This document shows positions 18,417-26,757 of a stretch of 43,545 nt of DNA, piece after piece. Below the pieces are notes generated by a model. It saw nothing but the letters and a program-made list of their open reading frames with translations. It did no database searches and had not been told where the DNA came from. Source of the stretch: Rudaea sp. Its GTDB lineage: Bacteria; Pseudomonadota; Gammaproteobacteria; Xanthomonadales; Rhodanobacteraceae. Numbering within the stretch: the stretch's first letter is position 1; each line of letters begins with the position of its first letter. Location: positions 1 through 43,545 of the forward strand of contig JBDTYX010000001.1 in the NCBI GenBank assembly GCA_040005435.1. The letters are read 5' to 3'. Made by a program: the position numbers and the translations under genes.

Positions 18417-19849
18417 CAGTGCTCCAGGCGCACGAAAGCGACCGCCTGCGCCGGCATCTCGATGTCGAGTCGATAGCCATCCGCCGTCGCGATGACTTCG
18501 GCTTCCTCCGCGTGCAGTTGCGACATGCCGTCGAGCTCCTGCACCATCGCCGCGCTCAGGTACCCGGGTCTTCCCATCTGCTCCCAGCGACGCTTTGCAT
18601 TTGCGTGTTCGAGATCAATACGTTGAATCGTCGCGCGACGAAGGGGGGTTGCAGATTTGACCGCGAACGACACCGACTCGGTACCTATCGCATGACGCGG
18701 CAGCGCGAAGTTGGTCAGCACGATGGTCGAGAATTTCTCGCCGCGCACGAGCCACGCATCGACGGTCGCGTGCTGCCCGGCGACCTGCATGATTTCGGTT
18801 CCGAGAGAATGCAGCAGCTGGAACGCGCGGTATGCCGGTTTCGCGATGCCGTGAATATTGAGCAGCCCGAATCCTCCGTGGAACGGCTCGGAAGGAAAAT
18901 AGTTTTCCTCGAATATGTCTGAGAATGTCCAGTAGCTGTAGCCCTGCACGAGGCCGTTCGCCTCTAGGACCGTCTTGACGATGAATGCGGCCGCGTATGG
19001 ATCATCGTGCATCGCGTCGCGCGGATTGGAGGACGTGCACCATTCCGTGTAGAACAGCGGCAGCCCGCCGACCTTGTCACGCACGTCACGCGCCTGGTCG
19101 CGCAGCACGCTGCGCTCGCTGGCGGCGAGTTGCGCTTCGGTGTCGTCGCCCGGCTTGCCGAACGCATCGGTCGGATAGTGATGGGTGGAGACGAAGTCCA
19201 CCGGCAGCGATTGTTCGCTGCAGAACGCGAGAAAGTCGTCGATCCACGCGTTCGCCGCGGTCGCCGGGCCACCGACCTGCAGTTTAGCGTCCACGGTCTT
19301 GATCGCCTCGACGGTGTAGCGATACAGCTCGAAGTAGTTGGCTTGCTTGCCTGAGCCGAATGCCGTCAGATTCGGCTCGTTCCAGACCTCGAAGAACCAT
19401 TGCCGCACTTCGTCCGCGCCATATCGATCGATCCAATGCGCCACGAGCCGCCGCATCAGTTCCGCCCACTGCGCCGGATCGCGCGGCGGCGACACGTTGG
19501 CACGATAGTGGAAGATGATCTGATCGCCGGATGACAGCGCCGACGGCATGAAACTCAGCTCGACGAACGGCTTCATGCCGATCGACAAGAGAAAGTCGAT
19601 GATCAGGTCCGCGTTGAAAAACGAGTACACCAACCTGTCGCTCTGGTTGATGAGCGTGCCCATGTCATCGTCGAGGATGCCGTGGAAGCGTACGTGGCGC
19701 ATGCCGAGATCGTCGTGCGCGCGCTTCAGCTGCGCCTGCCAGTCCGCGCGCAATGCGAGCGTCGCGTGTCCGCTGCCTATCGTGTGTTCCCAGAAATGGG
19801 GAAGCGGCGTAGGCGACGCGCTGAGGTCGCTGAAAAAACTGACGATCAT
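18416..19849 (-). CDS. GH39 beta-xylosidase-like glycoside hydrolase
   Basis: HVRFHG, PFVELSFMP, FEVWNEPN (acid/base), VGGPA, STHHY, TEW (nucleophile), YWTFSDIFEE; GAGG RBS. Confidence 0.92.
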   Translation of the reverse strand: MIVSFFSDLSASPTPLPHFWEHTIGSGHATLALRADWQAQLKRAHDDLGMRHVRFHGILDDDMGTLINQSDRLVYSFFNADLIIDFLLSIGMKPFVELSFMPSALSSGDQIIFHYRANVSPPRDPAQWAELMRRLVAHWIDRYGADEVRQWFFEVWNEPNLTAFGSGKQANYFELYRYTVEAIKTVDAKLQVGGPATAANAWIDDFLAFCSEQSLPVDFVSTHHYPTDAFGKPGDDTEAQLAASERSVLRDQARDVRDKVGGLPLFYTEWCTSSNPRDAMHDDPYAAAFIVKTVLEANGLVQGYSYWTFSDIFEENYFPSEPFHGGFGLLNIHGIAKPAYRAFQLLHSLGTEIMQVAGQHATVDAWLVRGEKFSTIVLTNFALPRHAIGTESVSFAVKSATPLRRATIQRIDLEHANAKRRWEQMGRPGYLSAAMVQELDGMSQLHAEEAEVIATADGYRLDIEMPAQAVAFVRLEH

Positions 19850-20152
19850 CAAATCTTCCTCACATCGGGACGCACTGCGGGTTTTGCGCCGGATTATCGC
19901 AGCGATGATCTCAAAACCAGTGTTAACGCAGCCCGTCGCTCGCATTCGCGATCGCTCCCGAAAAGGCTCCCACAGGTTGGCGCGCACACAGGAAGCTCGG
20001 CCATTGGTCGCGCATTCCCGCCGTCTGGCGTCAGGCGCATCGCCGCGGTCTGTCAGGAAGGTTGACGCCGACGCGGTGAGGCCGGACGATGGTTGCAAGA
20101 TCGGCAATCGGCCTCAAGTCTTGAAGACTCCGCGCAGACAAGGAGACATCTC

Positions 20153-20527
20153 GTGTCGAGCAAACCCATCAGGATCCCCGGCCCCGACCATCCGATCGCG
20201 ATCGAACGCCGCAACGCGCGCGTCACGGTGAGCGTCGCCGGCAAGGTCATCGCCGACACGCAGGACGCGCTGTCGCTGCGCGAGGCCAGCTACCCTGTCG
20301 TTCTGTATATCCCGCGCAAGGACGTCGACATGACGCAGCTGCAGCGCACGACACACTCGACCTACTGCCCGTACAAGGGCGACTGCGCGTACTACAGCAT
20401 TCCCGCGGGCGGGGTGCGTTCTGAAAACGCGGCCTGGACGTATGAGGATCCCCATCCCGCGGTTGAGGCGATCCGCGGACACCTCGCGTTCTATGCGAAT
20501 CGCGTCGACGCGATCTCGGAATCCTGA
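20153..20527 (+). CDS. DUF427 protein
   Basis: AGGAG RBS, GTG start; LREASYPVVLYIPRKD, TYCPYKGDCAYY, AAWTYEDP. Confidence 0.9.
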   Translation: MSSKPIRIPGPDHPIAIERRNARVTVSVAGKVIADTQDALSLREASYPVVLYIPRKDVDMTQLQRTTHSTYCPYKGDCAYYSIPAGGVRSENAAWTYEDPHPAVEAIRGHLAFYANRVDAISES

Positions 20528-20543
20528 TGGGGGCCGCACGACC

Positions 20544-21803
20544 GTGACGGCGCTCGCGCGCGATCCTAAAGACGCGGTCGCCGTTCCGCCGTCCGCTGCC
20601 AGCGGCGTCGTGGCGGCAGACGGATGCCGGCGGGACTTCCCGATGCTCGCGCCGCGCGCGGACGGCAGCCCGTTCGTCTACCTCGACAACGCCGCGACGA
20701 CGCAGAAGCCGCGCTGCGTGATCGATCGCCTCGTGCAGTTCTACGCCAGCGAGAACGCGAGCGCCGCGGGCGCGACGCAGTTGCATGCGCAGGCGCGCGG
20801 ACGGATCGCTCGCTCGATCGGCGCAGCCGCGAATGAGCTCATCTTCGTGCCCTCGACGACGTTCGCGATCAGCCTCGTCGCACACAGCTGGGGCAACACG
20901 CACCTCGAGCCCGGCGACGAGATCGTCGTGACCGGGCTCGAGCACCACGCCAACCTCGTCCCATGGCACGAGATCGCGCACGAGACCGGGGCCACGCTGC
21001 GCATCGCGCCGATCGAAGCGGATGGCAGCCTGCGTGTCGAGGCCGTCGCAAGCCGGCTCTGCGCGCGCACCCGGCTCGTCGCGGTCGCCCACGTATCGAA
21101 CGTGCTCGGCACGGTGTCTCCGATCGCCGAAATTGCGCTCGCCGCGCATCGCGTCGGCGCGCGCGTGCTCGTCGACGGCGCCCAGGCGGTCGCGCATCTG
21201 CGGGTCGACATGCATGCGCTCGACGTCGATTTCTACGCGTTCTCGGCGCACAAGGCTTTCGGACCGACCGGCATCGGCGTGCTGTACGTCCGCGAAGAGG
21301 TCATGCAAACGATGCCGCCATGGTCCGGTGGCCCGAAAGTCGTCGAAGCCTTTTCGCTCGCGGGCACGCGCCATGCCGCGCCGCCGCAGCGCTTCGAGCC
21401 CGGCGCGCCGAACGTCGCGGACGCACTCGGCATGGCCGCCGCGCTCGAATACATGCGCGCGGTCGGCCTCGATGCGATCCGCTCTCACGAGCGCGACTTG
21501 CTCGCCTACGCACAAGACCGTCTGCGCCGCGTGCCGAGCCTGCGCCTGATCGGCACCGCCGCCGACAAGGTCGCGATTCAGGCGTTCGTGATCGACGGAC
21601 ACGCGCCCGAGGACATCCGGATGCGTCTCGCGCGCGCGGGCGTCGAGGTGCAGGCTGGACAGTTCTCGGCGCAGCCGCTGTTCGAGCGGCTCGGCGTCGC
21701 CGCCGCGCTGCGCATGTCGATCGCGTTCTACAACACGCGAGAGGATATCGACGCGTTGGTCGCCGCACTCCTCGACCGCGACGCGGCAGGCGATTCGCGA
21801 TGA
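20544..21803 (+). CDS. SufS/CsdA-like PLP enzyme (class V) lacking the catalytic Cys; candidate C-S lyase
   Basis: YLDNAATTQKP, EHHAN, HVSNVLG, DGAQ, SAHK (PLP Lys); QAGQFSA replaces RxGHHCA. Start (GTG 20544) uncertain. Confidence 0.88.
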   Translation: MTALARDPKDAVAVPPSAASGVVAADGCRRDFPMLAPRADGSPFVYLDNAATTQKPRCVIDRLVQFYASENASAAGATQLHAQARGRIARSIGAAANELIFVPSTTFAISLVAHSWGNTHLEPGDEIVVTGLEHHANLVPWHEIAHETGATLRIAPIEADGSLRVEAVASRLCARTRLVAVAHVSNVLGTVSPIAEIALAAHRVGARVLVDGAQAVAHLRVDMHALDVDFYAFSAHKAFGPTGIGVLYVREEVMQTMPPWSGGPKVVEAFSLAGTRHAAPPQRFEPGAPNVADALGMAAALEYMRAVGLDAIRSHERDLLAYAQDRLRRVPSLRLIGTAADKVAIQAFVIDGHAPEDIRMRLARAGVEVQAGQFSAQPLFERLGVAAALRMSIAFYNTREDIDALVAALLDRDAAGDSR

Positions 21804-22543
21804 CGGCGTTTCTCCAGTTCGATCGCGTCTCGTATCGCGTTGAGGGTCGCCAGATCCTGCGCGATGTCAGCTTCGAACTCGCGGAAAACGAGACGCTGGT
21901 GCTGCTCGGCCGTAGCGGGTCGGGCAAGACGACACTGCTGCGCATGGCCAACCGCCTCGTAGTGCCGACGTCGGGAACGATCCGCTTCGAAGGGCGCGAC
22001 ATCGCACAGTGGGATCCGATCGCACTGCGTCGCCGCATCGGTTATGTCATCCAGGACGGCGGGCTGTTTCCGCACCGAACCGTCGCGCAGAACGTGGCCG
22101 TCGTGCCCGAGCTGGAGCGCTGGCCGCCGCAGAAGGTCAGCGATCGCGTCGAAGAACTGCTCACGGCGGTCGGCCTCGCCACTGAAACCTACGCAGCGCG
22201 CTATCCGCGCCAGCTGTCGGGCGGAGAGAAGCAGCGCGTCGGCATCGCGCGCGCGCTCGCGGCCGACCCGCCGCTGCTGCTGCTCGACGAGCCGTTTGCG
22301 GCGCTCGATCCGGTCACGCGCTTCGACATGCAGCTGCATTTCCAGAACCTGCGCGAGCAGTTCGGCAAGGCCGCGCTGTTCGTGACCCACGACTTGCGCG
22401 AGGCGCTGCTGCTCGGCTCGCGCATCGCGCTGCTGCATGACGGCGCGATCGAGACGATCGGCAGCCCCACGCAATTCCTCGCGGCGACGACCGTCGAGGC
22501 GCGCACATTCCTGCGCACGCTGCAAAGCGGCGTGCCGGCATGA
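21800..22543 (+). CDS. ABC transporter ATP-binding protein (osmoprotectant/betaine OpuCA/EgtV-like)
   Basis: GRSGSGKTT, LRRRIGYVIQDGGLFPH, LSGGEKQR, LLLDEPF, VTHD; ATGA overlap. Confidence 0.93.
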   Translation: MTAFLQFDRVSYRVEGRQILRDVSFELAENETLVLLGRSGSGKTTLLRMANRLVVPTSGTIRFEGRDIAQWDPIALRRRIGYVIQDGGLFPHRTVAQNVAVVPELERWPPQKVSDRVEELLTAVGLATETYAARYPRQLSGGEKQRVGIARALAADPPLLLLDEPFAALDPVTRFDMQLHFQNLREQFGKAALFVTHDLREALLLGSRIALLHDGAIETIGSPTQFLAATTVEARTFLRTLQSGVPA

Positions 22544-23151
22544 ACGTCGGCTGGTCCGAAATCGCGAGGGTCTCCGCCGAGCACGCGCTGCTCGTCGCGA
22601 CGGCCGTCGCGATCGCTTTCGCGCTCGGCGCGCCGCTCGCCATCGCGCTGACGCGGCGCCCGACCTGGCGACGCTGGACGCTCGCGACCGTCAACGTCAT
22701 CCAGACGATTCCGAGCCTCGCGCTGTTCGGCGTGCTGCTGCCGATCCCGCTGATCGGCGGCATCGGCAAGCGCACCGCGATCATCGTGCTCGCGCTGTAC
22801 GCGCTGCTGCCGATCATGCGCAACATCGTCGTCGGCATCCTCGGCGTCGATGCGGGTGTGCGCGATTCCGCGCTCGCGATGGGCATGACCCAGCGCCAGA
22901 TCCTGCTAGGCGTCGAGATCCCACTCGCGCTGCCGACGGTCCTCGCCGGCCTGCGCATCGCGATCGTGGCGACGATCGGCACCGCGACGATCGCTGCAGC
23001 GATTGGCGGTGGCGGCCTCGGCACGTTCATCTTTCGCGGCATCGCGACGGCGGACATCTCGACGGTGCTCGCCGGCGCCTTCCCCGCCGCGCTCATGGCG
23101 ATTCTCGCCGACGAGGTGCTCGAATGGATGGAAAGACGCTACGCCCGTTGA
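22540..23151 (+). CDS. ABC transporter permease (OpuCB/EgtU-TMD-like)
   Basis: QTIPSLALFG, LYALLPI, EAA-like DSALAMGM, IGGGGLG. Confidence 0.92.
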   Translation: MNVGWSEIARVSAEHALLVATAVAIAFALGAPLAIALTRRPTWRRWTLATVNVIQTIPSLALFGVLLPIPLIGGIGKRTAIIVLALYALLPIMRNIVVGILGVDAGVRDSALAMGMTQRQILLGVEIPLALPTVLAGLRIAIVATIGTATIAAAIGGGGLGTFIFRGIATADISTVLAGAFPAALMAILADEVLEWMERRYAR

Positions 23152-24023
23152 ACCGGGTGTCGCTGGCCGCGACGCTCGCGGCAACGTTGTTCGCCGCGCT
23201 GATCGCGGCGTCGTGCTCTTCGCAGCCGACGATCGTCGTCGCCTCGAAGAATTTCACCGAGCAGGTCATCCTCGGCGAGATCATCGCGGCGCAGATCGAG
23301 CGCCGCCTGCACGTCGCGGTCGACCGCAAGCTCAATCTCGGCGGCACGCTGCTCGCGCATGAGGCGCTGCTCGCGGGATCGGTCGATCTCTACCCCGAGT
23401 ACACGGGCACGGCGCTGACCGAAATCCAGCGCCAGCCCGTGCAGAAGGACGCGCGCGCGGTGTTCGAAGCCGTTCAGGCGGGCTATCGCAAACTCGGCAT
23501 CTCGCTGCTCGCTCCGCTCGGATTCAACGACACCTTCGCGATGGTGGTGCGCATGGATTTGGCGCAACAGGAAAACCTGAAGACCCTGTCAGATGCCGCG
23601 CGGCTGCAGTGGAAGATCGGGGTTGGCTACGAGTTCACCCAGCGGCCCGACGGGCTCGCGGGCCTCGTGCAGGCGTATGGATTGAAGATCGACGGCGATC
23701 CGGTCGTGATGGACCTGGGTCTGCTGTATGCCGCGCTCAAGCTCAAGCAGGTCGACCTCGCCGCGGCGAACGCGACCGACGGCATGCTCGGCCACCCCGA
23801 ATTCGTGGTGCTCGAAGACGACCGCCACTACTTCCCGCCCTACCAATGCGCGATCGCGGTGCGTGAGGCGACTTTGAAACGCTTCCCGGGGCTCGAGAAA
23901 GCACTCGGCGAGTTGTCCGGTCGCATCACAGATGCGCAGATGCGCAGGATGAACGAGCAGGTCGACATCGAGCATCGTTCGCCCGCGCAGGTCGCGCACG
24001 ATTTTCTGGAGACGTGGCAATGA
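23148..24023 (+). CDS. Betaine-type ABC substrate-binding lipoprotein (OpuCC/EgtU-SBD-like)
   Basis: Lipobox IAASC; SKNFTEQ, YPEYTGT, GFNDTFA, RPDGL, LEDDRHYFPPY. Start TTG 23148 or ATG 23124. Confidence 0.9.
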   Translation: MNRVSLAATLAATLFAALIAASCSSQPTIVVASKNFTEQVILGEIIAAQIERRLHVAVDRKLNLGGTLLAHEALLAGSVDLYPEYTGTALTEIQRQPVQKDARAVFEAVQAGYRKLGISLLAPLGFNDTFAMVVRMDLAQQENLKTLSDAARLQWKIGVGYEFTQRPDGLAGLVQAYGLKIDGDPVVMDLGLLYAALKLKQVDLAAANATDGMLGHPEFVVLEDDRHYFPPYQCAIAVREATLKRFPGLEKALGELSGRITDAQMRRMNEQVDIEHRSPAQVAHDFLETWQ

Positions 24024-25414
24024 CGGATCGTCGAGTGAGCTACGACGCGATCGTGATCGGTACCGGCCAGGCCGGCCCGCCGCTGGCCGTCGATCTCGCG
24101 AACGCGGGCCATCGCGTCGCGATCATCGAGCGCGAGTATTTCGGCGGCACCTGCGTCAACACCGGCTGCATTCCCACCAAGACGCTGATCGCGAACGCGC
24201 GTGCCGCGCATGTGGTGCGCACCGCGGGCGATTTCGGCATCGAGATCGACGGCGGCTTCCGCGTCGACATGACGAAGGTCAAGGCACGCATGGACAGCGT
24301 GTCCGGCAACTCGAAGCAGAATATCGAGAAGTGGCTGCGCACGACGCCAAACTGCAGCGTGCTGACCGGCCACGCGCGCTTCGTGTCCGACCACGAGGTG
24401 CAGGTCGGCGACAGCGTGCTCACGTCCGAGCGGATCTTCGTCAACGTCGGCGGCCGCGCGGCGATTCCGCCGATCGCCGGCATCGACGCGATTGCGTACC
24501 TGACCAACGCGACGATGATGGACATCGATTTTCTGCCCGAGCACCTCGTGATCGTCGGCGGCAGCTACATCGCGCTCGAATTCGCGCAGATGTATCGCCG
24601 CTTCGGCAGTCGGGTGACGATCCTGCAGCGCGGGCCGCGGCTGATCGCACGCGAGGATGCCGACGTCGCCGAGGCGGTGCGCCAGCTGCTCGAAGACGAG
24701 GGCATTGCGGTCTTGCTCGACGTGGCGGACATCTGCGCACGCAAGGACGGCGATCGCGTGCATCTCGACATGACCGCGAATGGTGCGCCGCTCGCGATCG
24801 ACGCATCGCATCTGCTGCTCGCGACCGGCCGGCGTCCGAACACCGACGATCTCGGCCTCGAGAACACAACGATCAAGCGCGACGACGCGGGATTCATCGA
24901 GGTCAACGACACGCTGCACACGAATGTCGCCGGCGTCTGGGCGCTCGGCGACTGCAACCGCCGCGGCGCGTTCACGCATACCTCTTACAACGACTACGAG
25001 ATCGTCGCCGCCAACCTGCTCCACAACGGCTCGCGCCGCGTCAGCGACCGGATCACCGCCTACGCGCTCTACACCGATCCGCCGCTCGCGCGCATCGGCA
25101 TGAACGCGACGCAGATATTGAAGGAGAAGCGCAAGGCGCTCGTAGGCACGCGCCAGATGGCGCGTGTCGGGCGCGCGTTCGAGCGCGGCGAGACGCGCGG
25201 CTTCATGAAGGTGTTCGTCGACGCCGAGACGAAGCTGATCCTCGGCGCCTGCCTGTTCGGCATCGAGGCCGACGAGGCGATCCACTGCCTGCTCGATGCG
25301 ATGTATGCGCGGCAACCCTACACGCTGATCCAGCATGCGATGCACATACATCCGACGGTGTCCGAGTTGATCCCGACCCTGCTCGGCGACCTGCAGCCGC
25401 TGGAGCCTGCGTGA
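24020..25414 (+). CDS. FAD-dependent pyridine nucleotide-disulfide reductase (RclA/MerA-like, intact CxxxxC)
   Basis: GTGQAG, GGTCVNTGCIPTK, GGSYIALE, LGDCN, HIHPTVSE; no MerA C-terminal CC pair. Confidence 0.92.
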   Translation: MTDRRVSYDAIVIGTGQAGPPLAVDLANAGHRVAIIEREYFGGTCVNTGCIPTKTLIANARAAHVVRTAGDFGIEIDGGFRVDMTKVKARMDSVSGNSKQNIEKWLRTTPNCSVLTGHARFVSDHEVQVGDSVLTSERIFVNVGGRAAIPPIAGIDAIAYLTNATMMDIDFLPEHLVIVGGSYIALEFAQMYRRFGSRVTILQRGPRLIAREDADVAEAVRQLLEDEGIAVLLDVADICARKDGDRVHLDMTANGAPLAIDASHLLLATGRRPNTDDLGLENTTIKRDDAGFIEVNDTLHTNVAGVWALGDCNRRGAFTHTSYNDYEIVAANLLHNGSRRVSDRITAYALYTDPPLARIGMNATQILKEKRKALVGTRQMARVGRAFERGETRGFMKVFVDAETKLILGACLFGIEADEAIHCLLDAMYARQPYTLIQHAMHIHPTVSELIPTLLGDLQPLEPA

Positions 25415-26757
25415 TGCGCGCGCCGTCGCAACAACGCGCGCGCCTGCTCGCGCCCTGGCACGACGCGCGCGCCGAGACCGACGCGCTGTTCGGCATCGTG
25501 CGGCCCGAGTTCCTGTTCGAGCGCCCGATTGCCGAGCGCCACCGCATCGCGTTCTACATCGGCCATCTCGAGGCGTTCGAATGGAACCTGCTCGCCGGAC
25601 GCCTCGGTCTCGCTAGCGAGCGCCCCGATCTCGACGCGCTGTTCGCGCTTGGCATCGACCCCGTCGCGGGCGACCTGCCGCGCGACGAGCCGGGCGACTG
25701 GCCGAGACTCGATCAAATCCATGCGTACCGCGATCGCGTGCGTGCGCGGCTCGATGCGGCGCTCGCGCATGGTCGCGCCGACGAGGAGGAAGAACGCGAG
25801 CTCGAGCAGCGCCTCAATGTCGCGATCGAGCACCGCCAGATGCATGCCGAGACGCTCGCCTACCTGTTCCACCGGCTGCCGTTCGCGTACAAGGCGTGCG
25901 ACACCCCGGTCGCGCAACGGCCGCTCCGCGAAGTCGCGGCCACGACGATCGACATTCCCACCGGAACGGCGCTGCTCGGCATCGCTTCGGCCGCGGGCAC
26001 GTTCGGCTGGGACAACGAATTCGAGGCGCATACGGTCGCGGTCCCGGCGTTCTCGATCGACCGGTTCAAGGTCACGAACGCGCAGTTTATGCGCTTCGTC
26101 GCCGCGGGCGGCTATGCCGATCCGAGATGGTGGACCGACGCGGATTGGCGCTGGCGCAGCACGCATGTCATCGAGCATCCCGCGTTCTGGACGAACGCGG
26201 GCGACGAATGGCGGTGGCGATCGATGTTCGCGGCGATCCCGCTGCCACTCGACTGGCCCGTATACGCAAGCCACGCCGAAGCGAGCGCGTACGCGCGCTG
26301 GGCCGGCCGTGGGTTGCCGACCGAGGCGCAGTGGCAACGCGCCGCGTTCGCCGGCAACGCGCCGACCCCGCTGCTTGTCGGCGAACGAGACCCGCGCGGG
26401 CGGGCGCTGCGCGCCGTGACTCGCGCCGATGCGTTCGACCCGCTGCCGGTCGACGCGGACGATGCCGGCCCCGGTTGCGAATTCGGGCTCGTCGGCCTGC
26501 ATGGCAACGGCTGGGAGTGGACGTCGTCGCCGTTCGCGCCGTTCGCGGGTTTCCACCCGTTCGATTTCTATCCAGGCTATTCGCAGCCGTTCTTCGACGG
26601 CCGCCATTACGTGCTCAAGGGCGGCAGCGTGCGCACCGCTTCGCCGATGCTGCGACCGAGCTTTCGCAACTGGTTCCAGCCGCACTATCCGTTCGTCTAC
26701 GCCGGCTTTCGCTGCGTCGACGCGCCCATCGCCTCATCGCAAAGGAGTGCATCGTGA
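25414..26757 (+). CDS. egtB: Non-heme iron sulfoxide synthase (EgtB/OvoA family; DinB-like + FGE-sulfatase domains)
   Basis: RHRIAFYIGH and EHRQMHAE give three His ligands; FGWDNE, LPTEAQW, GNGWEWT, YPGYSQPFFDG, KGGS, FRNWFQPHYPFVYAGFRC; coupled to egtD. Confidence 0.85.
   Translation: MRAPSQQRARLLAPWHDARAETDALFGIVRPEFLFERPIAERHRIAFYIGHLEAFEWNLLAGRLGLASERPDLDALFALGIDPVAGDLPRDEPGDWPRLDQIHAYRDRVRARLDAALAHGRADEEEERELEQRLNVAIEHRQMHAETLAYLFHRLPFAYKACDTPVAQRPLREVAATTIDIPTGTALLGIASAAGTFGWDNEFEAHTVAVPAFSIDRFKVTNAQFMRFVAAGGYADPRWWTDADWRWRSTHVIEHPAFWTNAGDEWRWRSMFAAIPLPLDWPVYASHAEASAYARWAGRGLPTEAQWQRAAFAGNAPTPLLVGERDPRGRALRAVTRADAFDPLPVDADDAGPGCEFGLVGLHGNGWEWTSSPFAPFAGFHPFDFYPGYSQPFFDGRHYVLKGGSVRTASPMLRPSFRNWFQPHYPFVYAGFRCVDAPIASSQRSAS

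Noticed and set aside
20544-21803. Ordinary sufS for Fe-S assembly
   Set aside because: Catalytic Cys motif is absent and no sufBCDE genes are nearby.
15643-25414. Mercury resistance (merA) for either reductase
   Set aside because: No C-terminal CC pair, no NmerA domain and no merR/T/P; one copy lacks the active-site cysteines.
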